A stretch of DNA of 64,000 nucleotides. Origin: Fidelibacterota bacterium (GTDB lineage Bacteria > Fidelibacterota > Marinisomatia > Marinisomatales > TCS56). Positions 17,825 through 26,211 of this stretch are shown here, in pieces; positions within the stretch are counted from its first letter, which is position 1; each line of letters begins with the position of its first letter. The stretch spans positions 33,703-97,702 of the forward strand of contig JABMQW010000139.1 in the NCBI GenBank assembly GCA_013203115.1, given 5' to 3'. The notes beneath the pieces are model-generated. The model worked only from the letters and a program-made list of their open reading frames with translations. It was not told where the DNA came from and made no database searches. A program made the translations under genes and the position numbers.

Positions 17825-20800
17825 ATGAACAGAAACAAATTTAGCTTTCTTTTAATACTAGTCCTGCCGATGCTCCTGATCGGTCAACAATGGACTATCC
17901 TAACAACTTACACTATACCCGGTAAGGCTTCAGGGTTGGCTTATGACGGAACCTACTTATACAGCGGGATCTACGGCAGCAATGGAGATGAAGTACATCG
18001 CATCAATCCAACCGATGGGACCTATTCACTGCAGTTTGCCGACACAAATTTGGCTGACACCTACGGGATGACCTTCAACGGCAGCAGCTTGTGGATCACC
18101 GACCACCGCACTGGAACATACGAACCGGCAATTGCCTATGAATACAGCATTACGGGAGATTCATTATCTCAGTTCGACCTGCCCGATCACTACATGTCCG
18201 GAATTACTTATGATGACGGCGATTTCTGGGTAGCGACCTACTACCCGGACCCAGGCACGATTTACAAACTTAACGCGACTGGCAGTGTCCTCTCCTCTTT
18301 CACGGCTCCGGCCAATCAACCCTGGGATTTGTGCCTGGAAAATGGCGACCTGTGGGTAGCTGATTATTATGAAAACACATTGTTTGAAGTTGATACCTCA
18401 TCTGGAGCGATTATTGAGAGTCACCTGGCTGAAAACATCAAACCGGCGGGAATTGTTTACGACGGTCAATACCTCTGGTACGTGGATGGTCCCCTCTCCT
18501 CCCCCAGTACGCTTTACAAAGTGGACCTGGGCGGGGCCGGTACGCCGGCGATCGAACTAAGTTTCGATCAATATGATTTCGGAAATGTCAACCTGAGTAG
18601 TTACGGCAGCGTAAACCTGGTAATCACCAATGCTGGGACCGGCGATTTGACGATCAGCGGATTCAATTTCAGCAGCAATCGTTTTTCATCAACTTTTGCG
18701 GTGCCCCAGACGATCACCGCTTCCGGTTCCGTCAATGCTTCCCTCCTGTTTATACCCATCGTTACCGGTCCAACTTACGGAACGCTGACAATCGACTGTA
18801 ACGATCCCATCGATCCTCAGGTCCAGGTTGAACTAACCGGCTATGGTCTGACGCCGGTCAGAGATATTAAAGCGGAATATACCCTGATGGATTTCTACAA
18901 TATCCGCATCGGCGCCCATACTGCCCGCAAGATTCTAATCAGCAACCAGGGCGCTACCAACCTGACGATCAGCGACGTCAATTTTGATAACACCGTTTTT
19001 TATGTCGATCCGGGGCATACTTTCCCGGTTAACCTAACCACCCGGGACACTATGAGTCTGCGCTACTGGTTCTCACCGCCCACCACTGGTCAGTATCTCG
19101 GTGCAATGACAATCGTTTCCGATGATCCGGATGAACCCAACCTGGAGGTTACCGTGGCCGGGACCGGAATCCAGAGCGACCCGGCGATTGGGACTGAATT
19201 ATGGCATCTCACCAGTAATCTCGATTACGAAAAAATTATTGCCTGCCGGAATTTCGTCGATATTACCGGCGATGGTATCCGGGAACTGCTGGTGGCCGAT
19301 AATGAATACCAGGTTCATTGTGTCAATGGTAACAGTTCCGGCAAGGCCGATATAATCTGGACTTTCAGCAGCCAGCTCGGGACCTATTGGACCGGATCGA
19401 TCTATCAGGAACCGGGGCTGAAGGTGACTGGTGATCTCAACGGCGATGGCATAGCCGATGTCGTGGTTGGAACGGCCTGGGGCAGCCGGTCGATTTTCAC
19501 CTTAGATGGCGGCGATGGCAGTATCATCTGGTATTTCGATTCCCATACTATTGGTGGCGGGGGCTGGGTCTATGAAGTCGATGGGAAATATGACTTTAAC
19601 TCCGATGGCATCCCTGACATCCTGGCCTGTGCCGGGGATGACAGTTATGGAACGGGTCCCAAGCGAGTCTGGCTGTTTGACGGAAGCAATGGCAACCTGA
19701 TCTGGCAGCATTTATTCGGTGTGGCCGTTGCTTCGGTGATCAGCATCCAGGATGCCACCGGAGATGGGATTCCGGAGGTTGTCTGCGGTGAATCGGTCAA
19801 TTCCGGTTCCGCTTACGTATATTTATTGAACGGAGCCAATGGCAATACGCTCTACTCCTGGAATTCAGGTTCATCGGCTGTGATGGCCCTGACGACTATC
19901 GCCGACGGCAATAATGATGGACTGGAAGATTTCTGCTACGGCGATTTCCAAGGTGATTTTGTGGCTCACTCAACAAACAATACTGTATTGTGGACGGTCT
20001 CCCTGGGCTCAGGATTAATAACTTACCTCGATAAACTGACCACCAGCAACGGGGAATATATTCTACCGGCGATCCTGGGTAATTACACCTTTCCCGTCAT
20101 CGATACTGATGATGGTTCATTCCTGTGGTCTATTTCACCCGGCGGCTATACCCTTGATTCTGCCCCGATTGCCGATATCGATGCTGATGGAATTAATGAT
20201 GTCCTGATCGGAACTTATGATGGCTCCGGCGGTGCTCATAAAATTCTGGTTGCCTCCGGTAGCGATGGCCAACTGGTCTACGACCATACGCCCGGCAGCC
20301 CGGTCGAACAGGTGATCGCCATCGATGACTTAGATGGGAACGGCAGTTCCGAGATCGTCTATGGCTTACGCAATGGTAATCTGTACTGTATCTCCGGTGG
20401 TACCGAGGGCAGCCAGACCAACAATCCGCCCCTGATCACGGCAATTGCCCATGATCCGGCCGTTCCCTCCTCGGATGACGCTGTCCTGGTTTCGGCAACG
20501 ATCACTGACGATATCAGTATTATTTCCACCATCTGCTACTGGGGAAATGACAGCATTTATTTTCCCAACGCGATTACTATGGTCCCTGCCGGTGGTCTAA
20601 ATCGTTTCAGTACAGCAACACCGATCCCACCGGAATCTGCTGGTTTTTCGATTTATTATTTTATCGAAGCTCAGGACCTGACCGATACAACCACTTCCTC
20701 GGTTTTTGGTTATACGGTCTTCGATCCACCTAATTTGTTCATCAATGAGATCATGTACAATTCACCGGAAGTTGCCGATAATGAATGGATTGAGTTATAC

Positions 20801-21505
20801 AATGGTGAATCCGTGGCCTTGGATCTGGCAGGCTATTTTCTGAAGACTGGTAGCTCGGGAGCCAATATGGTTATCCTTCCCCAGGGAGCAAGTATCGCAT
20901 CGGGAGACTATTTCACGATTGCCCTGACAATAGGGACACCACCGCTCTCCTTTACACCGGATTACGATGGCAGTGGTTTAATCAGCCTGAATGATAATGG
21001 TGATCTGATCAGCCTCTACCATCCCGATGGTCCGTTGGTCAACAACCTGGTATTCGATGATGCCAGTCCCTGGCCGCCGGAACCGGATGGAACCGGTCCA
21101 TCGCTGGAATTAATCTCGCTTACATTGGATAATTCCATACCAGTTAGTTGGCAGGCCAGTTGGATCGCCGGCGGTACACCCGGCGTGATGAACAGTGATT
21201 CAACCATGGTTGGCACCAGTCCTGACAACCACCAATTACCCCGGGAGTTTACGCTCTATCAGAATTATCCCAATCCCTTTAACCCACGCTCAACCATTCC
21301 CTTTGCCCTACCGGTTGCCGATCGGGTCAATCTATCCGTTTTCGACCTTACCGGGCAGCGGGTTGCGGTACTGATTGATGGTTATCTAAAGGCAGGCTAT
21401 TACACACAAACTTTCCGGGCGGATGGTCTGGCCAGTGGAATTTATTTATACCGCCTGAAGACTAGTCGGTTTGTTTCGACCAAAAAATTGATAATCGTAA
21501 AATAG
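17825..21505 (+). CDS. secreted multidomain T9SS cargo protein (beta-propellers, FG-GAP/integrin-like repeats, lamin-tail domain, Por C-terminal sorting domain)
   Basis: - 1226 aa with a signal peptide.
- N-terminal repeated YDG..LW/FW blades.
- Two Ig-like modules with F.FG.V...S....L.ITN.G...L.IS signatures.
- Seven D-x-N/D-G-D-G-x-x-D/E FG-GAP-like calcium motifs.
- LFINEIMYNSP..DNEWIELYN, which is lamin-tail-like.
- C-terminal LYQNYPNPFNP...GIYLYRL...KKLIIVK, typical of a T9SS sorting domain. Confidence 0.8.
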   Translation: MNRNKFSFLLILVLPMLLIGQQWTILTTYTIPGKASGLAYDGTYLYSGIYGSNGDEVHRINPTDGTYSLQFADTNLADTYGMTFNGSSLWITDHRTGTYEPAIAYEYSITGDSLSQFDLPDHYMSGITYDDGDFWVATYYPDPGTIYKLNATGSVLSSFTAPANQPWDLCLENGDLWVADYYENTLFEVDTSSGAIIESHLAENIKPAGIVYDGQYLWYVDGPLSSPSTLYKVDLGGAGTPAIELSFDQYDFGNVNLSSYGSVNLVITNAGTGDLTISGFNFSSNRFSSTFAVPQTITASGSVNASLLFIPIVTGPTYGTLTIDCNDPIDPQVQVELTGYGLTPVRDIKAEYTLMDFYNIRIGAHTARKILISNQGATNLTISDVNFDNTVFYVDPGHTFPVNLTTRDTMSLRYWFSPPTTGQYLGAMTIVSDDPDEPNLEVTVAGTGIQSDPAIGTELWHLTSNLDYEKIIACRNFVDITGDGIRELLVADNEYQVHCVNGNSSGKADIIWTFSSQLGTYWTGSIYQEPGLKVTGDLNGDGIADVVVGTAWGSRSIFTLDGGDGSIIWYFDSHTIGGGGWVYEVDGKYDFNSDGIPDILACAGDDSYGTGPKRVWLFDGSNGNLIWQHLFGVAVASVISIQDATGDGIPEVVCGESVNSGSAYVYLLNGANGNTLYSWNSGSSAVMALTTIADGNNDGLEDFCYGDFQGDFVAHSTNNTVLWTVSLGSGLITYLDKLTTSNGEYILPAILGNYTFPVIDTDDGSFLWSISPGGYTLDSAPIADIDADGINDVLIGTYDGSGGAHKILVASGSDGQLVYDHTPGSPVEQVIAIDDLDGNGSSEIVYGLRNGNLYCISGGTEGSQTNNPPLITAIAHDPAVPSSDDAVLVSATITDDISIISTICYWGNDSIYFPNAITMVPAGGLNRFSTATPIPPESAGFSIYYFIEAQDLTDTTTSSVFGYTVFDPPNLFINEIMYNSPEVADNEWIELYNGESVALDLAGYFLKTGSSGANMVILPQGASIASGDYFTIALTIGTPPLSFTPDYDGSGLISLNDNGDLISLYHPDGPLVNNLVFDDASPWPPEPDGTGPSLELISLTLDNSIPVSWQASWIAGGTPGVMNSDSTMVGTSPDNHQLPREFTLYQNYPNPFNPRSTIPFALPVADRVNLSVFDLTGQRVAVLIDGYLKAGYYTQTFRADGLASGIYLYRLKTSRFVSTKKLIIVK

Positions 21506-22040
21506 TATCGAGCAAACCGTCAGAAATAAATGGTATTAAACCCCAGGGCAAGCCCTGATGCCTCCTCCGACCTGTCCGCCGAAGCTCGAAGAGCGTAGGC
21601 GGGAAGCAGCGGGGATTGGCTATTTCTGACCTTGATGGGACTGAATATTCATGGAGAGTTCATGGCACTACGGCTGACTATTCAATTACACTACCTGAAT
21701 TACCGCAAACATTCCTTGATAAATATCCTGGAATAAATCGAGATGATTTTACTCTCCTGGGGATCAGTATATATGTCCAAGATGAGTTTGAGTCGCAGGA
21801 TGAAGTCATTGAGTAGACCTTCGAAGCAGGCAAATATTTTTACAATTTATAAAGTGAACAACTTCACTACTTCAAAGGGAACCCCGATCTGTAAAATATC
21901 TCGTTACCACAACAGAGTATCGTCCCTTACTCCTGAACTCTGATGATTGTCATTCAATGTTGGATAAAAAGAACTTACAGTGCACAATTGAAGAACTTAT
22001 AGAAAGGTTCGCAAGAAGGATTGTGCAGAATAAGTGCGGT

Positions 22041-22102
22041 ATAACATAATAAGAGTTAGCAACTGACGGAGCGTCAGCTTGCCTGCCTGGCGGCGGACAG
22101 GC
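22041..22102 (+). repeat. 62-nt structured direct repeat, copy 2
   Basis: ATAACATAATAAGAGTTAGCAACTGACGGAGCGTCAGCTTGCCTGCCTGGCGGCGGACAGGC. Most substitutions relative to copy 1 fall in hairpin loops or adjacent unpaired positions and the stems are retained. It overlaps the stop of a 30-aa ORF. Confidence 0.85.
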
Positions 22103-22319
22103 AACTCAGGGTCATGCTGAGCAAAAGTGAGTATTCTATTTGGAGTTTATATGGAGTCCCAGGGGTGAACCCGTAGTTCCATTATCCGCCCGTCTTTGCC
22201 ATCGGCTTCAATGCGGTTATATACCAGAGTTTCCTATTCTCCACACTCTGAGCAACTATGAGGCACGCGGGGTGACATCACGACGTAGCACAGATTAATG
22301 TGGACCCCAAAAACCCCTA

Positions 22320-22727
22320 TTAGCAAATGGAGTGAATATTCGAATTTTTAATCAGGCTAAGCTGTCTGATCATATCTATTTTAGTTATCGGTTTTTGCAA
22401 AATAGCATCAACTTCCAAATGTTGAATATTTTCCTTATGAATATTATTCGATGTGATAATGACAATCGGATTTGAGAAACCGCGTTTCCGTAATTCTCTG
22501 ACAGCATCAATACCATTTCTAACGGGCATATTAATATCCATAAAGATCAGTTCCGGCTGATGAACTTCGCATTGCTCAATGGCATTTTGCCCTTCGCTGG
22601 CTGATAGAATAGTGCCAGCATACTCCCGTTTCAGGAAGTATTGATAAAGCTTGTTGACTGAATTATCATCCTCGACAATCATTATTGATCGATTGTCATT
22701 ATTGTTTATATTGTAGTTAGGTTCCAT
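22320..22727 (-). CDS. stand-alone CheY-like response regulator receiver
   Basis: 135 aa with the IMIVEDD acidic pocket, phospho-acceptor Asp in LIFMDINMP, a conserved T/S (IVIITS) and K (LQKP). There is no output domain. Its start overlaps the stop of the upstream TPR gene (TAATG). Confidence 0.85.
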   Translation of the reverse strand: MEPNYNINNNDNRSIMIVEDDNSVNKLYQYFLKREYAGTILSASEGQNAIEQCEVHQPELIFMDINMPVRNGIDAVRELRKRGFSNPIVIITSNNIHKENIQHLEVDAILQKPITKIDMIRQLSLIKNSNIHSIC

Positions 22728-24220
22728 TAAGCTTTACTTTTGGTCTTAAGTAGCACTTGCTGATAAGATATCTTCAGACTATCTGCGATACTTTTTTTAT
22801 TATGCTGATGATGTTTCAAAAGGAAAGTGAATAAATCGGTCTCAAATTTCTGATTAGCTCCCCGCCAATCCATGTCAGCGATACTATCGAGATAGCGTAA
22901 GAAATAGGGATTATTTTCGATAAGATCGGGAATACCTGGTCCGCGTTGCAGACCCAGCTTTTTCTGATGCAGGAAGTACGTTCGCGGTTCAATCCCAAGG
23001 TGTTGACACAATTCCGGAGCAGCCTTGGTCCGGTTTAAATGCAACTGGAGCAGATTAGTATGGAAAATCCTGCGGATATCGTTCATCGATTTATTCATCG
23101 TGAAATTGAATATTTCAGCGTTGACATCGATATTTGGCAATGATTTGTTCCGGTTCAGAAATTCGATATAGGTATACAATAGTTTCTTCCGAAAACCCAG
23201 GATACGCAGTTCCAGGTTGATTTCATACTGCAAGTCATGGTAGCCGGTGCTGAAGTATTTATCCGCCAGATCCAATTCACCCACCTTATCGTGACAAATA
23301 CCCAATTTATAATAATCTTCAAACGCCATATCCCGCATCTCGTAACGCGTCGTCAGATGTAGGGACTGGGAATGGTAATTGATCGCTTCAGCAAAGCGGT
23401 CCTGGTCAAATTCAAGACAACCCAGGTTCTGTAAGACCAGACTGCGCTGATATGGAGGAGGATCGAATCCCAGTATTCCCAAATAAATTTGTTCGGCCCG
23501 GTTGAATTCTTTTTCAAGATAATACAGCCAGCCCCGATCATTTAACAATTCATATTTAAAAATAACCATCTTATGCTCGTCAGCCAGAGCGAGGGCTTCA
23601 TCATAGATTTGAATCGCTTTATTATATTCACCCAGCACAACGTATGTATTGGCAATGTGCCTTAAAATTCGGGCTGCTCTGACATGGTTCTTGACAGAGT
23701 AAAAATAGTCCAACGATCTTTTCAGGATCCGAATCGATTTACGACTATTGGAAAATTTATAACACAGTCCCAATTGTGTATTCAAGCGCCAGATCAAGGC
23801 TTCATTCTGGGAATATTTCAGGGCTTCCTGGAGAATGGTGATCGCCTCATTGCGATAGCCCAGCTTTCGTAAAAGGCTGGATAATTCGGAATACACGACT
23901 GCCAGACCCTCCTCATTAGTCACCAGATCGATCGACTTATGGAATGCTGCAAAGGCGCTGATATAATTACCGACAAAGGTATGAATGCCCCCCAAGCCGG
24001 CAAATACGACCCCTTTGATAGTGGGATCGGCAACCTGCTCGAGGGCATTCAAGCGGTCTAAAGCCAATTCAGTCGAAATTACATTCAGATCATAGATGTC
24101 CGTTATAATGGCTGAGAAATGATTGATTAACTCTTTATTCTGGATCAGTTTTGCAGTGGAAATATCCTTATTCGGAAACGGGATAAGAGTTTTAACATCA
24201 ACAGATACAGTTTTAATCAT
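22727..24220 (-). CDS. TPR-repeat regulator with C-terminal Fis-type helix-turn-helix segments
   Basis: About 497 aa from the ATG at 24220, which has a GGGGGA Shine-Dalgarno 4 nt upstream. The central part is a long run of 34-aa TPR-like repeats. The C-terminal NRTKAAPELCQHLGIEPRTYFLHQKKLGL resembles an NtrC/Fis HTH_8, and a second weaker HTH lies at the extreme C-terminus. Confidence 0.7.
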   Translation of the reverse strand: MIKTVSVDVKTLIPFPNKDISTAKLIQNKELINHFSAIITDIYDLNVISTELALDRLNALEQVADPTIKGVVFAGLGGIHTFVGNYISAFAAFHKSIDLVTNEEGLAVVYSELSSLLRKLGYRNEAITILQEALKYSQNEALIWRLNTQLGLCYKFSNSRKSIRILKRSLDYFYSVKNHVRAARILRHIANTYVVLGEYNKAIQIYDEALALADEHKMVIFKYELLNDRGWLYYLEKEFNRAEQIYLGILGFDPPPYQRSLVLQNLGCLEFDQDRFAEAINYHSQSLHLTTRYEMRDMAFEDYYKLGICHDKVGELDLADKYFSTGYHDLQYEINLELRILGFRKKLLYTYIEFLNRNKSLPNIDVNAEIFNFTMNKSMNDIRRIFHTNLLQLHLNRTKAAPELCQHLGIEPRTYFLHQKKLGLQRGPGIPDLIENNPYFLRYLDSIADMDWRGANQKFETDLFTFLLKHHQHNKKSIADSLKISYQQVLLKTKSKA

Positions 24221-24371
24221 TTTCCCCCTGTCCTGAATCAACTGTGTAAACTACCTCGTTCATTGTGTCATAATAACCACCGTCTTTTACAACTTCATCC
24301 TTGGCAGTACCAGTGTAGACAGTCGTCATTAATGCGATTAAAATCATGAATAATATTTGTTTTAGTGACAT
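24213..24371 (-). CDS. small secreted peptide precursor (52 aa), unannotated
   Basis: Hand translation gives MSLKQILFMILIALMTTVYTGTAKDEVVKDGGYYDTMNEVVYTVDSGQGEND. AAGGAG lies 6 nt upstream of the ATG. The N-terminus is a hydrophobic signal-like segment and the C-terminal half is acidic. The stop overlaps the ATG of the TPR regulator (AATGATTAA). Confidence 0.55.
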   Translation of the reverse strand: MSLKQILFMILIALMTTVYTGTAKDEVVKDGGYYDTMNEVVYTVDSGQGEND

Positions 24372-24558
24372 GTTTTACTCCTTTTGTAGTTTTGTTTTCA
24401 TCATATTGTACTGAAATATTTTGTATATATCAAGTAATATTTTATATATTCCAGCAGTCCCGTAACCATTGCGCGGATTGAATTGGGTACGCCACTTACC
24501 CAAACTACTTCAACAGGAGTCATCCAGTAGATTGAAAATCGATAATAATACTAATCAA

Positions 24559-26127
24559 ATGTGGCAATTATCACAGGACTCAGCAATAACTGTTTTAGAC
24601 GGACAGGCGCCGGATGTTACCAGCATTCTCATCGTAGAAGATGACGATGCCATCGCCAAACAACTACAGTATTTGTTAAACAAATTTGAGTATTCTGTCC
24701 AGGATGTACTGAAAAGTGGCGAAGAGTTAATTGAAAAATTGAACTATTTGGAGCCTGATGTTTTAATAATGGATATTGGACTCAGCGGCGAATTGGATGG
24801 GATCAGTACCGTTGAAAAACTGCATAAACAGTACAAACTTCCAATCATCTATTTATCAGCAAAAACCGACCGCAAGACTCTGAGGAGGGCGCTATGCACT
24901 GATCCCTTTGGCTATCTGACTAAACCGGTCAATCCAATCGAATTACGCTTCACAATTGAGCTGGCAATATATAAGCATCGTACAGAGCAAAAATTACAGA
25001 CTCAAAGAGAATGGTTAAAGACCGCATTGACAAGTATTGGAGATGGTGTAATCAGCACTGACAATACCGGGGTAGTGACTTTTATTAATCCCAATGCTGA
25101 AATTGGTTTGCAGATAAAAAGTGAAGCAATCCTTAACAGGGAATTCAATTCAATCCTAAACTTGGTAGATGATGATAATAATGCTCCAGTTGATCCGGTT
25201 AAACAGGCAATCCGGCAAGATTGTTCAATTCAGTTCAATAACCATATCCTGCAGAACAAAGCCACTGGACATAGTTTACCCGTCGATTGCACAGTAGCTC
25301 CCCTTTTTAATTCTAAAAAACAAATATCAGGCAGCATAATCATATTCCGTGATGTCTCGCAGCGAATTAAAGATTACCAGGAAAAAAGTCAGATAGAAGC
25401 ACAGTTGCGACATGCTCAGAAAATGGAGGCGATTGGCCAATTAACCAGCGGCATTGCTCATGAATTCAACAACATCATAACCGGCATTTCCAGTTACACT
25501 GAATTAGCCCAAGCTGAACTCCCGCCAGAAGACCCTATACAAAGATATCACTGTACTATTTTAAAAAAACTGGATCAAGCTATGTTATTGACCCGCAAAT
25601 TGCTGACTTTCAGTCGTAATGAAGATCTTCATTTTCAAACAACAGATCTAAATAACATTATTGATAATCACCTTCAATTTTTACAGCAAACAATAAGGGA
25701 TGGGGTAACAATTAAAGCTGACTTAGATTCCAACATTGGTCTGGTTAATGCTGATGTAAATGCCCTGGAACAGATTATCACCAACCTTTGCCTCAATGCC
25801 CGGGATGCGATTGAGGATTATGGTACAATTGAATTGCAAACAGAGCAGTATGAAATAACTGCAAACCCCCAGCATTATTCAGTCAATATAAGTCCCGGTT
25901 CCTATGTAAAACTGACAGTAAAAGACAACGGTGCCGGAATGGATGAGGAAACCAGACAAAAAATATTTGAACCGTTCTTTACAACAAAAGAGGCTACCAA
26001 CGGTTCCGGTCTCGGTCTGTCAATCGTTTATGGACTAATTGAGCAACATCATGGTTGGATCAATTGCATAAGCTATCCTCAGATTGGAACAGTATTCGAG
26101 TTATATTTTCCTGCTACACAACCGTAA
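24559..26127 (+). CDS. hybrid sensor histidine kinase (N-terminal receiver, PAS, HisKA, HATPase_c)
   Basis: - Receiver: [16 protein letters not shown].
- PAS-like: [20 protein letters not shown].
- H-box: [12 protein letters not shown].
- N and G boxes: [22 protein letters not shown].
- I prefer the ATG at 24559 to the track's TTG at 24469. Confidence 0.85.
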   Translation: MWQLSQDSAITVLDGQAPDVTSILIVEDDDAIAKQLQYLLNKFEYSVQDVLKSGEELIEKLNYLEPDVLIMDIGLSGELDGISTVEKLHKQYKLPIIYLSAKTDRKTLRRALCTDPFGYLTKPVNPIELRFTIELAIYKHRTEQKLQTQREWLKTALTSIGDGVISTDNTGVVTFINPNAEIGLQIKSEAILNREFNSILNLVDDDNNAPVDPVKQAIRQDCSIQFNNHILQNKATGHSLPVDCTVAPLFNSKKQISGSIIIFRDVSQRIKDYQEKSQIEAQLRHAQKMEAIGQLTSGIAHEFNNIITGISSYTELAQAELPPEDPIQRYHCTILKKLDQAMLLTRKLLTFSRNEDLHFQTTDLNNIIDNHLQFLQQTIRDGVTIKADLDSNIGLVNADVNALEQIITNLCLNARDAIEDYGTIELQTEQYEITANPQHYSVNISPGSYVKLTVKDNGAGMDEETRQKIFEPFFTTKEATNGSGLGLSIVYGLIEQHHGWINCISYPQIGTVFELYFPATQP

Positions 26128-26158
26128 TCTATAATAATCACTATCATATAAAATACGA

Positions 26159-26184
26159 GGGCTGCCTGTTTAGACAGCCCTTTT
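26159..26184 (+). terminator. rho-independent terminator between convergent kinase and MFS genes
   Basis: GGGCTG-CCTGTTTAGA-CAGCCC followed by TTTTATT. Confidence 0.65.
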
Positions 26185-26211
26185 ATTAAAGTTGATATTG
26201 ATTTTAAGTCC

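Noticed and set aside
21616-21943. Two overlapping 66-aa plus-strand ORFs downstream of the cargo gene
   Set aside because: They have non-ATG or weak starts, overlap each other, and show no motif I recognise. I did not report them as genes and discuss them only as possible cassette debris.
14884-22275. Short shared strings (GGGTGAACCC at 14890 and 22164; AGGCACG-GGGTGA at 14884 and 22251), considered as att-like direct repeats bounding the island
   Set aside because: Matches of 10-14 nt are expected by chance many times among the roughly 2e9 position pairs in a 64-kb window. I accepted only the 62-nt repeat as significant.
24221-24241. TTG-initiated N-terminal extension (MIQDRGK) of the TPR regulator given in the ORF track
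   Set aside because: The ATG at 24220 has a GGGGGA Shine-Dalgarno 4 nt upstream and overlaps the stop of the small ORF. The extension would lie inside the small ORF in another frame.
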